DNA from: an uncultured Prolixibacteraceae bacterium
GTDB taxonomy: Bacteria; Bacteroidota; Bacteroidia; Bacteroidales; Prolixibacteraceae
DNA: 64,000 bases
Reading direction: 5' to 3'
Assembly: GCA_964540755.1 (NCBI GenBank)
Contig: CAZIOB010000104.1
Location: forward strand, 5,576 to 69,575
Shown: in pieces, positions 58,896-64,000 of the stretch
Numbering within the stretch: position 1 is the stretch's first letter
How the letters are laid out: each line of letters begins with the position of its first letter
Notes under the pieces: model-generated
What the model was told of the DNA's origin: nothing
Seen by the model: the letters and a program-made list of their open reading frames with translations, nothing else
Database searches by the model: none
Made by a program: the position numbers and the translations under genes

Positions 58896-59543
58896 TTACT
58901 GGTTAAAGACAAATGAAATTATATTGGCTCCCATCATCAGGGCAATTTCCCGCACTTCAGGAGGATCATTATGGACAGCTTTATCCTCCCATCCGTCCCC
59001 AAGATCCGATTCGTACGTATAAAGGCAAACCAGCCTGTCATTTATAAATATCCCGAATGCTTGCGGAGGTTTATTATCATGTTCATGTATTTTCGGAATT
59101 CCTTTATCAAAAATATATTTCTGGTGAAAAATTGGATGAGAGGCAGGCAATTCCACAAGTTCTTTATCAGGAAATACCTTTTTTATCTCTCTCCTGAAAT
59201 ATTCATCAAGGCCGTAATTGTCATCTACATGCAGAAAACCACCGGCTTCAAGATATGTCCTCAGATTGGCGGCTTCATTTTCCGAAAGGACGATATTCCC
59301 GTGACCGGTAAGGTGAATAAACGGAAAATTGAAAATTTCCCGGCTTCCTATTTCAATTGTTGAGGGCTCGGGATTGATATCAGTACCAAGTTTTTTATTA
59401 CAGAAATCTATCAGGTTGGGCAAAGCAGTAGGATCTGCATACCAGTCCCCTCCACCGCTATATTTTGCAAGTGCAATTTTTACCCCCTGTCCGTTACAGC
59501 CGATATTGCCGGCAATAAATAAAAACATCAGTATTATTCTCAT
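58896..59543 (-). CDS. DUF4159-domain protein
   Basis: Signal peptide or lipobox. The sequence ...KYSGGGDWYADPTALPNL...PFIHLTGHGNIVLSENEAANLRTYLEAGGFLHVDDNYG matches DUF4159 as I remember it. Confidence 0.65.
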   Translation of the reverse strand: MRIILMFLFIAGNIGCNGQGVKIALAKYSGGGDWYADPTALPNLIDFCNKKLGTDINPEPSTIEIGSREIFNFPFIHLTGHGNIVLSENEAANLRTYLEAGGFLHVDDNYGLDEYFRREIKKVFPDKELVELPASHPIFHQKYIFDKGIPKIHEHDNKPPQAFGIFINDRLVCLYTYESDLGDGWEDKAVHNDPPEVREIALMMGANIISFVFNQ

Positions 59544-59796
59544 AACCGAATTTTTGGGAAAATTACAATTCCAGACTAAAATAGAAAAATTATTGCTATT
59601 GCAAATAAACCGCTATTTCTCATTTTGTTTAGTTTTTTGAATTTCTTAATCATTTTTTTTGAAAAATTTAACCTTTTGCTTATAAATATTAACGGTTATA
59701 GTCTGTTGATTATTTAAATCCCGGGCATATTTCATGGATCGGCAAAATTGTTCATCACCGTATGCTGACCGGTCAAATGTTTGTCGGCCGATTGTG

Positions 59797-60501
59797 CTAA
59801 GTATAATTAACAATATTAGCTATAAGACATGCTGCCACTCCTGCAGTCTCTGTCCGCAGACGGGAATTCCCGAGTGTAATTTCTTTAAACCCTGCCTGGA
59901 GGGAATTTTTTATCTCTTCATCTGAAAAATCCCCTTCCGGCCCTATTAATATCAGTACATCACTTCCTTTTTGTATCATATCCTTTAAATGAGGTTTATG
60001 GCCCTTATTGCAATGTGCTATGAATTTTTGCTTAATATTATTTTCTTTTATGAAGTCATTGAAGGCAGTAAGGGTATTCAACTCTGGCAGGTTAGCTTTT
60101 TGTGACTGTTTCATAGCCGCAATGAGTATTTTTTGCAACCTGACCGGTTTAATGATTTTTCTTTCTGAGTGAGATGTAAGGAGAGGCGTGATTTCATCAA
60201 TCCCAATTTCAGTTGCCTTCTCCAGGAACCATTCAAAACGGTCAATATTTTTAGTTGGCGCAATAGCTATATGTAACCTGTAATTTTTTTCCCGGAGCTC
60301 TTTTTGATAGTTCAGAATTTTAAGCCTGCATCTCCTGGGATTAGCTTCGGTGATTTCTGCATAATATAATCCTCCTTTACCATCAACTATATTTACGCGG
60401 CTTCCTACATTCATCCGCAATACTTTTATAGCATGTCCGGATTCCTTTTCCGGTAATTCCGCTTCATATCCTTTAATGTCAGGTATATAAAAAATATGCA
60501 T
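59797..60501 (-). CDS. rsmE: 16S rRNA (uracil1498-N3)-methyltransferase
   Basis: I prefer the start MHIFYIPDI. The PUA-like N-terminus (HAIKVLRM..G) and SPOUT C-terminus (LIGPEGDFS..E, LG..RLRTETA) fit RsmE. Confidence 0.85.
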   Translation of the reverse strand: MHIFYIPDIKGYEAELPEKESGHAIKVLRMNVGSRVNIVDGKGGLYYAEITEANPRRCRLKILNYQKELREKNYRLHIAIAPTKNIDRFEWFLEKATEIGIDEITPLLTSHSERKIIKPVRLQKILIAAMKQSQKANLPELNTLTAFNDFIKENNIKQKFIAHCNKGHKPHLKDMIQKGSDVLILIGPEGDFSDEEIKNSLQAGFKEITLGNSRLRTETAGVAACLIANIVNYT

Positions 60502-60573
60502 AGTAATGGTAATTAAATTCAAATAGGCAAACAATTGTGGTGCAACAGGTTATATGAATTTATTGAAAGTTGA

Positions 60574-61068
60574 TTATTTGAGCATTTCCGGGACCAGCCT
60601 GATGAATTGTTTACCGGTGCGGGATTTTACATATTTCCATTTATCCACATCAAAATCAATTCCCACTGCGGCACAGGTAGGCATTTCTTCGTTATAATAT
60701 TTCAGGAGGTTTCGTGTGATATAATGGAAATCAGGATTATGGCCAAAGAAGAATGCTGTCTCTATATCATCCGGCAATACATTTATTATATCAATAAAAT
60801 CTGAAGTTGAGAGTCCTTCATATATCTCTTCCATTTCCCTGATATTCTTTTTTTTGAAATCCATATTGTCCGCAAATATACGTGCTGTTTTTAGCGCTCT
60901 TACAGCAGGACTGGAAATCATTGCGTCGGCTTTTATTCCTAATCTGTTAAGCTCTCTGCTTACCAGCCTGGCATCCTTTGTCCCCCTTTCCTGTAAATCG
61001 CGGTTAAAATCGTCATCATATCCATAATGGACTGATTTGGCATGTCGTACTATAAAAACCCGTTTCAT
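60574..61068 (-). CDS. Histidine phosphatase family protein (SixA-like phosphohistidine phosphatase)
   Basis: N-terminal VFIVRHAKS (RHG-type motif), SPAVRALKTA and a later GHNP motif. 164 aa. Confidence 0.75.
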   Translation of the reverse strand: MKRVFIVRHAKSVHYGYDDDFNRDLQERGTKDARLVSRELNRLGIKADAMISSPAVRALKTARIFADNMDFKKKNIREMEEIYEGLSTSDFIDIINVLPDDIETAFFFGHNPDFHYITRNLLKYYNEEMPTCAAVGIDFDVDKWKYVKSRTGKQFIRLVPEMLK

Positions 61069-61229
61069 AAAATTTGGTAAATTATTAATTTGTCAGCTAA
61101 ATTTTATATCCGTTTATAATATTTTTACTTTTGTTATGTTTCTTCAAGGCAGATTCAGATATTTGTCAGACAAATTTAAATTATTTATAAATCAATAACT
61201 ACTGTTTGAATATTTTTAACTGAATACAA

Positions 61230-61730
61230 GTGGTCAGTATTGGATTATTATCAGACACTCACGGATTTATACACGAAAGGCTGTTTTCATTTTTTGATAA
61301 AACAGATGAAATATGGCATGCCGGGGATATCGGAAGCATAGGGATTGCCGACAGGCTTTCAATGTTTAAACCATTGAAAGCAGTTTATGGAAATATTGAT
61401 GGAACAGATATACGTTCTGTCTTTCCACAACATCTCAGATTTATGTGCGAGGAAGTTGATGTTTGGATGACTCATATCGGCGGGCATCCCGGGAGGTATG
61501 ACAAACTGGTAAAACCGGTTATATACAATGATCCCCCTAAACTGTTCATAAGCGGCCATTCACATATTTTAAAAGTGATTTATGACAAAAAGCTTAACCT
61601 GATGCATATGAATCCCGGAGCAGCCGGCTATTATGGCTTTCATAAAGTGTTAACCGCTATTCGCTTTGTAATTGACGGAGCTGATATCAGGGATCTTGAG
61701 GTTTGGGAAATGAAAAAAAATGCTGTCTGA
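61230..61730 (+). CDS. YfcE/MJ0936-family metallophosphoesterase
   Basis: GTG start. Motifs: LLSDTHG, HAGD, GNIDG and SGHSH. Confidence 0.8.
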   Translation: MVSIGLLSDTHGFIHERLFSFFDKTDEIWHAGDIGSIGIADRLSMFKPLKAVYGNIDGTDIRSVFPQHLRFMCEEVDVWMTHIGGHPGRYDKLVKPVIYNDPPKLFISGHSHILKVIYDKKLNLMHMNPGAAGYYGFHKVLTAIRFVIDGADIRDLEVWEMKKNAV

Positions 61731-61746
61731 ATGTCAGCTGGCCTGG

Positions 61747-62586
61747 TTATGCTTTTTTGAAAACCGATACTACCCAGTTGTTTTTAGTTTTAATATCAAT
61801 ATTGTAAAGTCCTGTTTCCCGGGCTTTTTCTTTTATATCAGGAAAATCATCCAGGTAAAATCCGCTCATCAGAAGTTGGCCGTTTTTATTCAGGCATCCG
61901 GAATAAACCGGTAAATCCTGCATAAGAACATTCTTTTGGATATTTGCAAAGATAAAATCATATTTTTCTGCTCCGAGTTGCGAACTGTTACCGAGCTTAA
62001 CCCTTATATTTCCTGCATAATTCATTTTTATATTTTCACTGGCACTTTTGTAAGCCCATTCATCAATATCTATTGCAGTAATTTTCCTGGCTCCTTTAAG
62101 AGAAGCAAGGATACTTAATATTCCTGTTCCGCATCCCATGTCCAATACCGATAATCCATTGAGATCCTTTTCAATAATTGTCTCCATAATCATCAGCGTA
62201 GTTTCATGGTTCCCGGTTCCAAAGGCCATGCCGGGCCCGATCACAATTTCAAATTTTAACTTTGGATAATTTTTATGGAATGGTGCACGAATTACAAATT
62301 CATTGGCTACAACCAGAGGTTTGAAATACTTCTTTTCCCATTCTTCATTCCAGTTTTTATCTTTAATTAATTTTTTAGTCACCCCGATATTATGCTTTTG
62401 CCTGAAAGGAAGCAATACTCTGGAAAGATCATCCTCTATGTAGTTATCTGCCTGAATATAAGTTTCAAATCCTTTATTTGTCTCGACAAATCCTATAAAT
62501 CCTATTTCCGACAAATAAGTGATAATGGTATCCCTCGGCCACTCTTCCAATGGTACCAGAGAAATATTTAATTTATAGTAATCCAT
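61747..62586 (-). CDS. prmA: Ribosomal protein L11 methyltransferase
   Basis: GMAFGTGNHETT and SAM motif VLDMGCGTGILSI. 279 aa. Confidence 0.9.
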   Translation of the reverse strand: MDYYKLNISLVPLEEWPRDTIITYLSEIGFIGFVETNKGFETYIQADNYIEDDLSRVLLPFRQKHNIGVTKKLIKDKNWNEEWEKKYFKPLVVANEFVIRAPFHKNYPKLKFEIVIGPGMAFGTGNHETTLMIMETIIEKDLNGLSVLDMGCGTGILSILASLKGARKITAIDIDEWAYKSASENIKMNYAGNIRVKLGNSSQLGAEKYDFIFANIQKNVLMQDLPVYSGCLNKNGQLLMSGFYLDDFPDIKEKARETGLYNIDIKTKNNWVVSVFKKA

Positions 62587-62833
62587 TATAATAATGAGCC
62601 TGGTCTAAAAAATCGCTTTGCGCTTTTTTTAACAAATAACCATATTTGAGCACAGCCTGAAAAAGTATCTCAAGCAATGTCAGATTTACTGCAATTTTAT
62701 ATCACTCCCTGTGCCATCATGGGATATTGAGGGATCTTAAGGATTTTTATTACCAGCATTTTGTAGCGAAAGATAAAAATCAATTTTCGATTTAAATACC
62801 TCTTAAGCTTGATTCGAGGAGTTTCATTTTTTG

Positions 62834-63592
62834 TTAGAAGCCATCAATTATTTCAACAAAGTCTTCAGCTTTTAATGCTGCTCCTCCGATCAACCCTCCA
62901 TCCACATCCTTATTTGCAAAAAGCTCTTTAGCATTAGATGGTTTGCAGCTTCCGCCATAAAGAATTGAAATTTTCCCGGCAATTTCCTTCCCGAATTTAT
63001 CAGCTATGGCAGAGCGTATAAACGCATGAATCTCCTGAGCCTGTTCTGAAGTGGCTGTTTCACCTGTTCCAATAGCCCATATAGGTTCATAGGCAATAAT
63101 AATTTTTTTGAAATCTTCGGCAGCAAGTTGGAAAACAGTCTCTTCCAGCTGTTTCTTTACATATGTAGTATGTTCATTTGCTTCACGTATTTCCAATGGT
63201 TCACCACAGCAGTATATAGGGATAAGTTCATTTTCAAAAGCAAGCGCCAGCTTTTTATTCAGTATTTCGCTGGTTTCGCCATAGATTTGTCTTCTTTCCG
63301 AGTGGCCCAGGAAAACATACTTTGTTCCTGTTGATTTGATCATACTTGCTGACACTTCTCCGGTAAATGCTCCTTTGGGTTCTGAGGCACAATTCTGGGC
63401 AGCAATACCTATGCGGTCAGTATCAACTACTTCAACCACGCTTGTCAGATGGGTAAACGGAGGCCCCAGAATAACAACTACATCTTTAGCGCCTTTTTCA
63501 GCTGTTAACTTGTTTACTTCTTTTGCCAGTTCAATTCCTTCCTGTAAGTTAGTATTACATTTCCAGTTTCCTGCAACAATTTTTTTTCTCAT
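62834..63592 (-). CDS. tpiA: Triosephosphate isomerase
   Basis: [24 protein letters not shown] and GGSCKP motifs. Confidence 0.95.
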   Translation of the reverse strand: MRKKIVAGNWKCNTNLQEGIELAKEVNKLTAEKGAKDVVVILGPPFTHLTSVVEVVDTDRIGIAAQNCASEPKGAFTGEVSASMIKSTGTKYVFLGHSERRQIYGETSEILNKKLALAFENELIPIYCCGEPLEIREANEHTTYVKKQLEETVFQLAAEDFKKIIIAYEPIWAIGTGETATSEQAQEIHAFIRSAIADKFGKEIAGKISILYGGSCKPSNAKELFANKDVDGGLIGGAALKAEDFVEIIDGF

Positions 63593-63686
63593 TTTTAATA
63601 TTTGTTATATTATTTATTAAAGTAAAATTCAATATTAATTGACTGTCCGCAAAAATATTATCAGCTATGGGGTAGTTCATTCTAAT

Positions 63687-64000
63687 TTAACTATTTTCCA
63701 AAAATTTTGTTTCAAATTCCTCATGAGTTGGTATATCGTTATAGTGATATTTCTCTACTATGGTTCCGTTTTTAATTACCATTAATCCCGGATTTGACCT
63801 GATGATGGTCTTAAGGGTAATCTCATCACAAATGAAAAAAGAGTATGGTATTTCATATTTTTTTGCAAATGCATCCGATTCCTCGGGTAAGGACGCAGTT
63901 AGACAAATAAAAGACATATTTTCCTCCATTACCCAGTCTGCAAGTTCATTGATACTCTCCTGGTACTTAGTATTCGATTTTTTAAGATCATAGGCAATAA
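63687..64000 (-). CDS. Thioredoxin-fold-like protein, C-terminal part (5' end outside window)
   Basis: The frame stays open upstream of the track's ATG (63929) to the window edge (...IAYDLKKSNTKYQESINELADWVMEENMSF...). The C-terminal ...NPGLMVIKNGTIVEKY resembles the end of TlpA/thioredoxin-like domains. The assignment is weak. Confidence 0.4.
   Translation of the reverse strand, partial: IAYDLKKSNTKYQESINELADWVMEENMSFICLTASLPEESDAFAKKYEIPYSFFICDEITLKTIIRSNPGLMVIKNGTIVEKYHYNDIPTHEEFETKFLENS

Noticed and set aside
1-64000. CRISPR arrays, rRNA, IS transposases, prophage or defence gene clusters
   Set aside because: Reading both strands, I saw no regularly spaced direct repeats, no rRNA-like sequence, no DDE, serine or HUH transposase motifs, and no nuclease, helicase, methyltransferase or reverse-transcriptase combinations typical of defence islands.

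Overview
This is an AT-rich, densely coding chromosomal segment that looks like Bacteroidota, probably Bacteroidales. The taxon call rests on the tmRNA tag GENNYALAA, TAnnTTTG -7 promoter boxes, PPi-dependent phosphofructokinase, many lipoproteins, and the ftsK-lolA and aroQ-xerD pairings. I annotate about 55 protein genes, one tmRNA, one tRNA-Asp(GTC), several hairpin terminators and a small repeat family. Most genes are housekeeping or cell-envelope functions: kdsA, dapA, aroE, aroQ, pckA, tpiA, prmA, rsmE, ftsK, xerD, an OlsF-like aminolipid synthase, a DUF368 protein, a WecA/MraY-family transferase and an AsmA-like giant protein. I found no CRISPR array, rRNA, transposase, phage genes, reverse transcriptase, restriction-modification genes or other recognisable defence genes. 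I therefore cannot support a new multi-gene system here. The most unusual signal is at the nucleotide level. A roughly 75-105 nt promoter-plus-leader module occurs three times, each copy ending at the start codon of a different envelope or lipid gene or operon. Two copies are 65/73 nt identical. Two copies form an inverted pair around a 417-bp spacer (16.57-17.01 kb), and one copy (31.75-31.88 kb) carries a 19-bp internal direct repeat that duplicates the -7 box. This could be a shared operator or regulon, a mobile promoter or MITE, or an invertible segment. Lesser leads are an unannotated 46-aa lipoprotein ORF, an orphan terminator suggesting a small RNA, a possible integrated-element edge next to the tmRNA 3' end, and several conserved unknown envelope proteins. 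All function calls come from motif recognition by eye. No database search was run.
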